Part shown: positions 37,641 to 49,800 of the stretch, one piece after another
Layout: every line of letters begins with the position of its first letter
How positions within the stretch are numbered: position 1 is the first letter of the stretch
Assembly: GCA_003971905.1 (NCBI GenBank)
Contig: RSEE01000005.1
Span: 930,001 to 994,000, forward strand
Direction: 5' to 3'
Length of the DNA: 64,000 bases
From: Moniliella sp. 'wahieum'
Taxonomy: Eukaryota
Position numbers and translations under genes: made by a program
Notes under the pieces: generated by a model
The model's database searches: none
The model's input: the letters and a program-made list of their open reading frames with translations, nothing else
What the model was told of the DNA's origin: nothing

Positions 37641-39701
37641 TGCGCGATCCTACTGTTGTATTGTACCTGCTCTAGCAGCTCGGGCTGGAACGCGAGGGCA
37701 AGACAGGGGGAGGAGACGAGCCAGGGTAAAAGGGCGGCTGATAAGGTGTACAGGTGGGAGAGGAGAGGACAGGGGAAGGGGAGAGGTGGGATTGGGGAAG
37801 AAACGTCAGGGCGAGCCCCAAAGTGCTCCTGAAAAGCCTTGGTGGGCTCCCACGCGCGGGCGGGCATGGCGAGGAAGGCATGGGAAGCAGCGCGTCGGTC
37901 CAAACCCAAGCCCCACTCGCCATACCCATCTCAACCCATCTCATTCTCAGATCTCATCGATCATCTCTCCTTAGCTAGGCGCGCTTCGCGGGGCAGGCGC
38001 CGTGGCATGTGAAACTTCTTGTCTGCAGACACTAGACCTTGCTCGTTCTAGTGGCAATGCTCTGCCCCCCCACGCGGTCTCGACCCCAGTTCACGTGCGC
38101 AACTCATGTCGGAGCGTACGGACCCTTTCTCCAACAATCGTGGGGGGGAGGCTATAGCGGGGGGAAACGCCATAGATGGTGGATCTTCTCGTTGACTGGG
38201 GCTCACCAACGAACTAGTGCATTTCTTCCTCTACTTGTCACCCGCAACCGCCCACATTCAAGTAGGCACGCAAGCTGTCCCTGCGGGGTAGGCTCTACCA
38301 GCCGATCCAGCCCTCCTACCTGCGGACCATTATTGGCTTCACTGCCCAACCTAGTAGTACGACTTCAACTATGGAAATATTTTGTGGTGCCAAAACACGG
38401 CGAAGTACGCTGAATATAGAAGGTACTCAGGATTCGGCGGCCCAACATATGGACCGTGTTTACGGTGTACGAATGAGAGAATTAGAGGGAGAGGGAGGAA
38501 AAAGGGAGGACACCGGATGAATCATACTGGATCCCCTTAGCCCCGACAATCTTGTGCTTATGTATAGCGGCACATTGGGCCGTGGTCGAATTGATGCAGC
38601 TGTCAACCAACCGTGGCGGCCACCCTTCACGTAGCTGGACGGAAGCAGGGTCCCATATTGGCTTGCGACGAAAACGTGATGGAGCTAGAGGCAGGGATTT
38701 CGCGGCGGAATCCCATGCCGGGAAGACGTTGGCAACTTGTGCTGAATCCCCAACGGAGTCTCAGCGCCGAGCTGTTCGCCACCCCGGTCAGCTGCACCAG
38801 TTGGGGCAATCCAATGACGCCCGCCGCAAAGCGAACATCGTTGTAGGCTGAGGCGTTGTGCCGTGTATTGCGTGGACGGATTCACCGTGGCGGCAAATCG
38901 GATGCCGGTCGTTTTGAGGACGTGGAGATAGACGGGGTAAAGACTAGACAAGTCCTAGTTTCGGTCCCACCTCGTTGTCCGTTGTAGGACATACAGGTTG
39001 CTCCGGGAATACGACTTTGTTTAGAGTTGATCGCACTGAGCATGGCCGAGACGAAAGGGGCTAGCGTAGGTACCGCCGCCATATACGCATCCTTGTTGAG
39101 GGGACTCCCAACACGGTCGTGATGGCATGAGAAAAGGAACTAGGACGTGGCGAGGAAAGTGTAATAGGGCAACGAGAGGAGGGAATGTGCGCTCACGCCG
39201 ACATTGCTGTAGCAGGTCTCTCTTGCAACTGACCGATACGTCGTCCTAACGCATCTGACGATGGGATCAGGTTGTACTCCCACACCAAACTGGCTATGAC
39301 CAAGAACTGTTGCAGTCCCCTGACAGCGTTCGCATCCGCCCCGCCACAAGCCATTGAACTTAGACCAAGCAGCAATCGCCGGTCAGTGGACGAGTGTGAG
39401 GAGCTGTGTGATGAGAAGAGGTGCGAGGCCACACTTGCAGGCGATGCCGGGGGAGGATTTGAGAAACCTCCAGCGCGCCCTGTAGCCTCAGCTGAGCCTT
39501 GTAACGTCCAACATGGATGTGAGATGCCACTTCGCCCGACCCACAGTGCGCCTTTGTACTCATCGACTCAATCGCATGATCCGGTCTGCCCGGCCGGTTT
39601 AATGACAGTACACATCTGGGGGTTGGACCATGAGGGTGAACAACCTGATTAATGATTCAGGTCTGAGGCCAGGGCAAGCAAGGCAAAGAAATCACTGGGA
39701 C

Positions 39702-39778
39702 TAGGGTTGGCGCAATCAATTTTCTGGATGTTTATGGCACGGCGCTACTGTTGCGATCATATGGCAGGTGCTAGGGTT
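39702..39778 (+). promoter_or_regulatory. Two TAGGGTT (telo-box-like) motifs upstream of RPL4
   Basis: TAGGGTT at 39702 and 39772; the same motif occurs upstream of RPP1 (14131-14138). Confidence 0.45.
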
Positions 39779-40113
39779 CTGGCTTGCGCCCTTTTTCCTG
39801 CTGGGCATGCCGCCCGGCGCAGGGAGCAGGAAGGCAGGCAGGCTTCTTGGCGGCCTCCCACCACGGTCATAAGGCCTTATCAGTGAGTATTTGTCCTTGT
39901 CCGCAGGGCGAGGTGCTGCTCGGCCCCCATCATCTCGTTCCCTCTTGTGCCTATGTTCCTGGCAGCGACGGGGACAAAGAGCAAAGATGGACTGGAGATG
40001 GTCAGGCGCGGGACGGCAACTCAGCCACCCAAGCTCGGGACACTCGGGGACGAAGACAAATGGGCCCCCGCATACTAACTCTCCTCTTTTTGGTCTTGGC
40101 AGAGAACATTAGG

Positions 40114-41237
40114 ATGGCTTCGCGTGCGACTGTTAGTGTGCGCGCTGCCGATGGCAGCGCTAGTGGTGCCAGCCTCCCTCTGCCCGCTGTCCTGACGGCT
40201 CCGATCCGTTCGGACGTGGTGCAGATTACCTACACCCAGGTGGCCAAGAACAAGCGTCAGCCGTACGCAGTCTCGACCAAGGCTGGCCACCAAACCTCGG
40301 CCGAATCGTGGGGTACCGGCCGCGCTCTGGCCCGGATTCCCCGTGTGGGCGGCTCGGGCACCCACCGTGCCGGCCAGGCTGCGTTTGGTAACATGGCCCG
40401 TGGCGGTCACATGTTTGCGCCGACCAAGGTGTGGCGTCGCTGGTGGGTCAAGACGAACCAGAACCAAAAGCGTGTGGCGACGGCTTCGGCGCTCGCTGCC
40501 ACCGCCGTTCCCTCGCTCGTCCTCGCCCGTGGCCACCGTGTTGAGCAGGTGGCCGAGGTGCCCCTCGTGGTTCCCACCGAGGTCGAGTCGTACTCCAAGA
40601 CCAAGGAGGCCGTCGCTCTTCTCAAGGCGCTCAATGCGTACGAGGATGTGCTCAAGGTGTCCAACTCGCGCAAGATCCGCGCGGGTCAGGGCAAGCTGCG
40701 CAACCGTCGTCACGTCCAGCGCCGCGGCCCTCTCGTTGTGTACAACGAGGACCAGGGCATCTACCGCGCCTTCCGCAACCTGCCCGGTGTCGAGCTTGTG
40801 TCGGTTCACCGCCTTAACCTCCTCCAGCTCGCGCCCGGTGGTCACCTGGGCCGCTTTGTGATCTGGACTGAGGCTGCCTTTAAGCAGCTCGACTCGATCT
40901 TTGGCACCTACGATGCTGCCTCGGCGCAGAAGAAGGGCTTCGTCCTTCCCGCGCCAAGATCACCAACACGGACGTTTCGCGTCTGCTCGCCTCGGAGGAG
41001 ATCCAGGCGGTGCTGCGGCCCGCTGGGCCCAAGGCGACCAAGCGGCCTTTCACCCAAAAGAAGAACCCGCTCCGCAACAAGTTTGTCATGGACCGCCTCA
41101 ACCCGTACGCCAAGGTTCAGCGCAAGATCGAGGCCGAGGTGCGCGCCGCCAAGGCGGCCGGCACGTACAAGCCGGCTGCCAAGCCGACCAAGTTGCCGCT
41201 CAACCCCAAGTTCCTCGAGTTCCTCCACGCGCCCTAA
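40114..41237 (+). CDS. RPL4: 60S ribosomal protein L4 (uL4)
   Basis: [86 protein letters not shown]. One missing C at ~40950; 5'-UTR intron 39883-40102. Confidence 0.98.
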
Positions 41238-41748
41238 ACCACTCGATGGACCACAGGGCACGGCTTCGGTTCCTCGTTGGGGCGCAACGTGGACTGGAAG
41301 GTAGCACCGGTCCGGGGGGGAGAGGAGCGATCGCGGTTTCCGTCCGAAACCCGTCGGCGTTGGGTATCACGTCTTATTTCCTTGCCCTGCACACTGTAGA
41401 GGGGAGGTACACATCGTAGCTGTGTCCCTCCCGCCCCCTCTTGCGTCTCTCCTCTCCTTCTTCTATGCTTCAAACGTCATGTTTGCTAGGGAAAAATGCA
41501 TAACCTTCGTTGTGCGTCGTTCATCCTCGGTACGTTGGGTTGTCAGTGGAATTAGAGCGATGTAGATGATGAGGAAGGGATGCACCAGTCAGTACTTCTG
41601 CTTGAGGGGTTTCCGTTTCTGAGAGTGGGCTTTGACGTGTAACGGTGCCATCCTTGATGACGGCGAAGCTATCCGTCATTAATCATTGGCGGTCTCGTCG
41701 TGATGAGGCTGGTACGGGACTGCTGAGCCCGCGTTCTACGACAACATT

Positions 41749-41832
41749 GCCTCGCTATTTCAATCGGTAGAATTGGAGACTCTTAAAGAGAGGTTCATCT
41801 CACGGTTGTGGGTTCGAGTCCCACGTGGGGCG
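41749..41832 (+). tRNA. tRNA-Lys(CTT) with 11-nt intron (41786-41796)
   Basis: Near-identical body to 32752-32838 with a different intron; G27.A43 mismatch at the top of the anticodon stem; TTTTT terminator. Confidence 0.88.
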
Positions 41833-42867
41833 TCTTTTTGGCTGGCCAGGTAGCTTGAGGAACGGTCCATGGGTTGTCGTCGGTGGTTAGGTGGTTAGAG
41901 TGGCCAAGGGTAATCTGGCCGTCATGAGATAGATGGTGATGGGGTTATTAGTTGAGCAGCTGGGACACTAGCTAGTAACCTGTGGTCAGATTTCAGAACT
42001 GAATGCATAGGGAGGCACGTTGTGGGCCTCAATACGTCAGCGTTCACTCCGCCAAGCTCCGCGACAGGCACGGTGAAGAGTTCATTGTTCTTGCCCTGTT
42101 GATCTGGGCGCGTTTTGCTCCGACGTTGTGCCACTTGCCAAGCGTCTTTCAGTGCTCGGAACTTGGAAACCATTGCGCATCACGTCGACAGCTATAAGAC
42201 GAGACGTGACGAGAGGTACGAATGACGATTTGGGGTTGGTTGGGCCCAAGGGAGGGTGGGAGGGCATTAACTTGCCTGCTACGATGTGGTGGCGGTGCAA
42301 ACTTGGGCAAAAGTGGGGCCAATGGGGTGGATGGTTGAAGGTGCGTTGCGGAGAGACAGACGTGGCTTGCTTCTTAGCAAGCGCGGCACAAGGGGCCCCA
42401 CGGGCGCTATGCGACATGGGATGCATGATGCGTGTCGCCCGACAGCAGTGTGCCCTGCTGGCTGTCGGTGCAAAGGCCGTGCGTGCGGGGCAGGGCGGAG
42501 GCGGCAGGAGGCGGCAGGCGGCAGGGCGGTGCAATGCGAGGGGGCGTGGCGCCTGCAGCATGCATCACCCATTCGCGATCATCGTGGCTGACATGTGACA
42601 CAGGCCCCGGCGGCGGGTGTGCCCTCTGCTGCTGCGGCGGCGGCACGTGGCAGGCGGCGTCTGCAATGTTGCAATGTTGCAAGCTCCGTTCGGTGTGCCC
42701 TTCGTGTGCGCCGGTGGCAGTTGGGCGCAGCGGCAGCGCGTTGCCTCAGCGCTCAGGCCACCCAGCCCATTCGCACCCACGCTCCCACAAGTACTTAGGC
42801 TGGTGCGCTCTGGCTGTCGTCCGCCTCTTTCCAGCCCTCCCAGCCCACCCCGCCCTCTGCGCCCGCC

Positions 42868-44259
42868 ATGCCCCCGCCCTTTGACCCCACCGACGACACC
42901 CACCGCCGCTACAACCCCCTCACCGACAGCTGGGTCCTCTGCAGCCCCCACCGCACCAAGCGGCCCTGGCTCGGCGCGCAGGAGAAGCCGCCGCTGCCCA
43001 ACCTGCCCGAGTACGACCCCAAGTGCTATCTCTGCCCTGGCAACACCCGCGCCACCGGCCAGGTCATGCCCACCTACACCAGCACCACCGTACGCTCCCT
43101 CCTTGCCTATATGTGTGCTCTGACCAGCTTGCTGACCCACCTGGCGCGCTGTAGTACTTTGAGAACGACTATGCCGCGCTCAAGCCCAACGAAGCTGGCC
43201 AAGCCCCCCAAGGTGTGTTTTTGTTTGGCCTGGGTCGATTGCCTTTGCTGTTTCCCCTTACTTACCGTGTCCGCCCCACCTGTCTCCAGTCCACCCGCTT
43301 TTGCGCCAGGAGACGGCTCGTGGAAAGTGCTATGTGGTGTGCTTCAACCCTGCGCACAACCTTTCCCTTGCCGAGCTCACCACTGCCCCGCACACGGCCG
43401 AGAAGGACATTATGCCGATTGTGCGCACGTGGAAGTCGCTATTTACGTCGATTTCGCGAGAATCCGTTTGTGCAGTACATTCAAATGTTTGAGAACAAGG
43501 GCTCGGCCATGGGTGCCTCCAACCCGCATCCGCACGGCCAAATCTGGAGCTTGGATTACATTCCTGGCGAACCCCTGACCGAGCTGCAGAACATGCGCAA
43601 GTACGCGCTGCAGGAGGCCAACTACGACCAGGCCAACACCCCGCCCCGGGACCACAAGGGCCGGCCCTCGATGCTGCTGACCTACGCGACGTACGAGCTC
43701 AGCTTGCCCGATCGGCCCCGGGTGGTGCTGCTCAACGAGCACTTTGTGACGGTAGTGCCCTTCTGGGCGCTGTGGCCATTTGAGGTGTTGATCTTGCCGT
43801 ACAAGCGGCAGATCCAGAGCTTCCAGGACATGCAGGAAGAAGAAATGGTAGCCTTTGCCGACATTCTCGGACGCACGGCGTGCCGCCTCGACAATATCTT
43901 TGAAACCTCCTTCCCTTACTCGATGGGTATTCACCAACGCCCTGTGCCCGTTGGTCGTGGAACAGCGGCAACCGAGGAACTGGCCGACTTTGCCTGCTTC
44001 CACGTCCACTTTTACCCGCCACTCCTCCGAAGCGCCACGGTGCGCAAGTTCCTCGTTGGGTACGTTTTGTTGCGTGTTACATGATTCTCACACGAGTGGG
44101 GACGCGGTAGAACCTTGTGCTGACCCTCCCTTTTTCTCTCTTTTCTCTCTCTCTCAGCTTTGAGCTGATGGCCGAACCGCAGCGTGATCTGACTGCGGAG
44201 CAGGCCGCGGACCGGATCCGTGCCACCCCTGAACAACACTACAAGGTCCAAGCTTCTAA
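42868..44259 (+). CDS. GAL7: Galactose-1-phosphate uridylyltransferase
   Basis: [41 protein letters not shown], catalytic [49 protein letters not shown]. Three introns. Confidence 0.98.
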
Positions 44260-45146
44260 GTCCTAAGGGACTTAAACTAGGCTATTATTGCTCTCGCCTA
44301 CTCGTTCAATATCAATGCCCTATGCAAGACATTTGGCTTTTAGATGAAGCGGGACGGGCACGTAGCACGTGGCCCTCAAAGCTCAGCCCGTCGTTATTGT
44401 GCAGACTAGTGGATCAATGAGAGGCGAAAAGTGTGTACGGGCTAGAAACTGAGGGATGGATTTTCAGGCTTCAAACAACGTTCAACGGCGTGTCTTCATC
44501 CAAGCCCCCACTGGTACGCATGCGCTTCTCCTACCCTTACCACCGGTGTCGTCAGCACTCACAGCCTGACAATGTCCCTCAGCGTTTTTTCTACTTAGCT
44601 GTATCGCCTCTGTCCGCCACTGCTATATCCAGTAGCGCCGAGGTGCGCAGCCGCGAAGCAGAATCGGTAGTACATGGCACGGCAGTGCGTTCGATGAGAG
44701 GGCGAGAACAGAGCGCCGGTATACTAGCCATGAAGGCACATGATGATGCATGCTCAATGGTCGATGATGTTGGTAATAGTCATAAATTGGGGGCTATAGC
44801 AGAATGGTTTTGCCTGGTGTGGACATCCAATGCTGGTTGGATCCCACGAAGGCGTAAAAAGGGAGGGGAGGGGTAAAGCTGATGATGAAGTGGCAGGCCT
44901 ACTCCGCCTCCTCACAAGCAGCCCGAACAAACCGGTCCACTTGCGAGGCAAAGTACCATTCCTCCATCCCCTTTTCCATCACACCATACGCACCCCGGTC
45001 GGTTAAGCACATGCGACCGCGGGGATGCGTGGTGGGTACGGACACTGTTCCGATCCATCCCATCCGCCTCCTTGGTTCCTCGCTGCGCTAGGAAGGGGGG
45101 CAAGACCCGGATGGTCATCGTTTCAAGACCCAGCACAATTGGCCGC

Positions 45147-46821
45147 TTACCGCCCCAGAGCAGACGCCCCTCGCAGAGATCGAGCCCGGTGCGTCCCCAC
45201 TCTCGGGTCCACTCTTGCATCGTGCCAACGTAGGGCGAGAAGCCCCATCGAGTATGGTTCCACTGCCGGTTCCGGCAGTTCCAGCATCAGTAACGTCTCG
45301 GGTCCCCGAGGTGGAGCGGGATGGTCGCTTTCCGCTCCATCAGCCTGTTCCTCCTCCCAGCACCTTCCCCTTACCATGGAGTGCTTTCGGAGGACCGACA
45401 GCAGTGCGTCATCACGTGCAAAGTAGTCACGGTAGTTCTTCAACACCAGCAGTGTCGTCCCGCTCGACGCAAGCAACGTTCCACTTGCTTCCTCCAGCTC
45501 GACCATGGCCCAGCCACGACGGTAGCGGTACCGGTGAATCACGTCCCAATGGGTCTGATCCAGTCCGTACCCGGATCACCAAGAGGTCAACACAACAGTA
45601 TCCACAAAACGACGAAGAGAGAAGTACGTACACTCGGTGTGGTGGATCCTTGTGGGCCCTTCATGGGCGTCTGTTCCCCTTCATAGGATACCTGCATCCA
45701 CTTGTGCTCCCGTGCATACGGAGGGCGATGCGCATGGCTAGGCATGTACCCCATCCGGGAACGTTGAACCGAATCAAAGGGAAAGGGACCTTGCTCCAAC
45801 GACCAGATCACCTCGCCTGTATCGAGGTGCACCACCACCACGTCCGCGCCATCTTGCTGCGGAATGCCAATCATGCCCGGATGTCCATGTGGCAGGGTAC
45901 AGGCAACGACGAGAAAGCCCCGCGGGTCAATGGCAAATGCCTTGATGCTTCGCAGGCCCACATGTTCCAAGGAGAGCGTACGGCGATCTGTGGGGGTGAT
46001 GGTTTGCAATCGAAGCTGGTTCAACAGGTACAGCTGCTGACCTACTTGTCGCACGTGGACGGGACACGAACGGGGGAACACAACGTGTTCCGTCGCGCTC
46101 GGCACAAAGCCCCACCCTTCCTTTGGTACAGATCGATCTGCACTTGTTCTTCTCCTGCCTCTGCCTCTTCCTGCGCCTCTCTGCCGTTGACGCCATCGCC
46201 ATCTGGCGCGCCTTGTGCTTGGGGCGGAGGAGGGGCTTCATGGGCGTGGGGCGGATGCACGACAGCCAACCAACCGTGGCTATATTCCAATTGACAATGG
46301 GGTGGGACGGTGGCAGAGGGGGTAGTCCAGAGAATTTGGCCGGTACGGGTCTGCACTTGCATACCGCCTTGTTCAAAGCCAAGCAGGAGCAAGTCATCTA
46401 CGTTGCGTATGCTGCATGGTGTGCTGGGCAATGCGAGCTGATGGCCCGCATACGAAGAGGATGATGTGTTGGACGGTAGCGGCGGACACAGTTGGAGCTG
46501 GGTGAGAGCGTGAAGCTGCACAAAACGTCGCCAACTGCTGTGGGCAAGGCGGTGCATCGCACGGTCGCTCTTGCTTCCAAGCGGCGGATGGAGACGCATC
46601 GCGTCCGCCAAGCACACCGCCAGCGCGGAGGGAAGGTACCGACACGCAAGACGGCGCCAGAGCCATTCGGTGTGGGCGTACTGGCGCCAGCGCCGGCTGG
46701 CCTGCCCAACGGTCAGAACGTCTTGCATGGAGAGGCAGGCCAAAATGTCGAGCGCCACTTCATAGGGCACGGCCCGAAGCAAGCCTTTCTTCGGGGGCAC
46801 AGAAGATGATGCACTTCGCAT
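45147..46821 (-). CDS. F-box protein with a divergent beta-rich C-terminal region, frameshifted
   Basis: F-box motif LLRAVPYEVALDILACLSMQDVLTVGQASRRWRQYAHTEWLWRRL, with consecutive minus-strand ORFs down to ~45147. Confidence 0.75.
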
Positions 46822-49800
46822 GATGCAGGCCGGGGTGGGGGGGCGTCTGGATGGGGACGAGCAAAAGGCAGGGGCGGCTGGCTACACAGGTTATACTTCG
46901 GCGTGCTGCCGGTAAGCGGTGCGAACCGTACCTAATTGTAATAGCGGGGGAGCGTGAGAGTTGTACTATAATACTAGCGCCCGCTTGCTGAGGCTCTGGG
47001 CCTGTCTGCAGACACCCCAGCCCACACACCTATCCGGTACGCGGCAGCCAACACACTGCCGGCACCCGCGTGGGGGCGCCGCTCCGTGGGCCTCAGCCTG
47101 ACGCACTCAGTGCCCAGTACCCAGTACTCAGCCCAGCCCCCCCCCGTCATCGGTCTAACAGCGCCAGACTGCGCTCAGCCTACCACAGCCTACTCAACTT
47201 ACCCCAGAATCGACACTTCTCTGTCTCCTCAAAGTACGGAAAACAATCCCCGGCCCGCAATAGTGTGCACATGCGGGGTAGCCTGTAACCGGTAAACCCT
47301 TGCACGACGTGTTGGCCCGCCCGCTCAGGGCCTCATGCGTCACGCCTGAGCCGCCGGCCGCGCTCCACGCCTGCCTGTCTCCACCCGCTTTCCCACCCGC
47401 GACCGGGTTTGAAGCTCCGCTTCATGACTATTCAACGCTCGCCATTCAGATTCATTTCATAGTCATTAGTAGTCGTACGCGTTCCCTCCGTTGTACGGTC
47501 CGTGTTGATGCGTTGATACGCGCTCTGATCGACGTTCGAGAGATACAATGGTGAGCGTCGCAGGCTCAGGCGATCGAGGCTCCTACCATGTGTTCACGAA
47601 CGTGAGAGAAGTGTCTCAGAGCAGTTTGCTCGGACCCGGACCCCCACACCAGAGCTGTGCCACCTGGAGGTGCATTGTCCCATGTCATACGCTGTCCTAA
47701 CAAGGAGACCGACTAAACTCCGTCGACGGGGGGCGGTGGTGGAGTGGTACTAGAATATCTTTTGGAACCACCGGCGCACTGCGTATTCAGTACTGACATA
47801 TTATTGGCGTTTTTAACGCACGTTGACGAGGATAGCAAAATGAAGATCAAATGGGTTAATGACCGCCCCCCTCCCCCAAACTCCTGTATCCCACCAGCGG
47901 GCTCACATGTCACAGGCACACCGCCCCATCCCCACCTTACCATCTCTCTGGCAGCCAGCGCTATACAAAAGGGCTCCCACTGCGTCTACCAACGCAGGAG
48001 CAGTGCGTGCTGGCCTACTACGCACGCGTGTGCTTACGCATCGAGACAAACAATCGTGCCCATCGCCCACAGGATGCGTGACGTGTGACGTGACGCGTGA
48101 TGCGGGAGAGCGAGCTGGTCCGTGTGAGCCTCATCGCCCCATCACCAATCAGATCACCGACACGACCGATCGCGTTTCTCCTGTCCCAATAAGCGGGTAG
48201 CGGATTTATGCCAGCAGCACGGCCAACAGACTCGATATACCGCGGCCGCGACGCTCATCTGGGAACTGCACGGCTCAAATCCACCCCCTCCTGCCTACAC
48301 CCTCCAGAAGCATTCCATGTCAACTGTCCGCGCTCTCAGCACTGGCCGACTACTCTTCGACCACTGCAGCTCACTTTCCAAGCCCCACATCGCGTAACGC
48401 CACTATATACCACACCAAGGAGATAATTCGCATGTCAGTGTGGAGATAGAGGGCAACTCTGCTGTGGACTCCCTACCGGTATCAATTGAAGCCTCCATCG
48501 ATCTTTTTTGCCACCGTCGGCCGGTGGTACACGCCACGAGGGGAAGCTGGGGCACCGTCGGAGACTCAATCCACCCGTTTGGCTGCTGCATCATACGCCC
48601 CCCCCCCCCCCCCCACTTCGACTGTACCACGCAAGAAAGCGGAGAGGTATCCTGGACCTTATCATGTAGTAGGCAAAACAAAACGCGGGTGTGGGCAGGA
48701 GGAGGCCAAGGCCACTGGAATCCCCAAACAAGAGGCGCACAGTGTAACACTGTGAGCGGAAGACTTCTCTCAGATCTCATCTCTCTCTCTGTCTTCGGTC
48801 CCTTTCTTTGTCCTAAGAGGTAGCGTGGGGGGGGGGGGGGGGTATTACCCCACAGCGTCTTCAGCTGAGCCGCTGAGCGCTGAACTACATTCTCGATGCT
48901 CCCGTCACAGGGCTTGAGGCCACAGGCCCGAGGCCTTAACAGAGAGATGATCCACGCCAGGGACATGATGAACGACAACTTCGCCGCGATGGGGATGCGT
49001 TCTCGCACCTCTTGAGATACCACACATCGATATCGCTGATCTTACCTAGGCTGCCGAGCTTCTCGACAAGAGCCTTGGCTGCAGTGTTGTCTCCACAAAG
49101 AGATGGATTGGGTGTGCGGCAGGGCAGATGCCCAGCTCTCAAAAAATATGAATTGCGCACAAGAGTGCATCGCGCAACCCTATCCCATGCCAAGTATCCG
49201 GAAGCGGCAGTATTACTCACCCCGTGGTTCTCTGTCTTGGTATTCCACGAGACGGGCACACCATACACAAAATATGTACCCGAAACGGCCTTGAGTAACA
49301 CTTGTCCGAGGCAAAAGAAGCATCCTTGTGCAATTCGAGTAGGGGGCCTGGTGCGATCATGTGTGTCAAGCGGAGAGGGAATGGTCAGCAGTATCATTCA
49401 AATACTGCAACAAGCCTATGCAGCATCACGGTGAGCCCGAGAAGGGCCATCCAATAAACCAGCCAAAAGGTGGTGGAAACAAGGTGTCCGGGCGGGACAT
49501 GCGTGCTGACCACATGGCGGACCCGACCATAGAGCTGTGGGTGTGATTCTCTTCGCGCTGGATCGTGGATCTAGTTCGGGATGTGTAGCGGAGGAGGAAG
49601 AATGTGGCTGAGCGGAGGGAGCCGTCGAGGATGTTGACCACCAGTGGTCCCGAGCCCATCGGCCTTCAGTGACACGTGGCCCGATGCGCACACAGTGCAC
49701 CGGATAATGTGTCCCGGACCTTCCACGAGCTTCAACTGCTGGCCTCCGAGCCCAGAGCCTACCACGACCCATAGGTCTTCTATCGCTCTCTTTAAATAGC

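Noticed and set aside
41566..41622. C/D-box-like motifs (ATGATGA...CTGA) downstream of RPL4
   Set aside because: No terminal stem or recognisable rRNA-complementary guide, and TGATGA is frequent in this genome's intergenic DNA.
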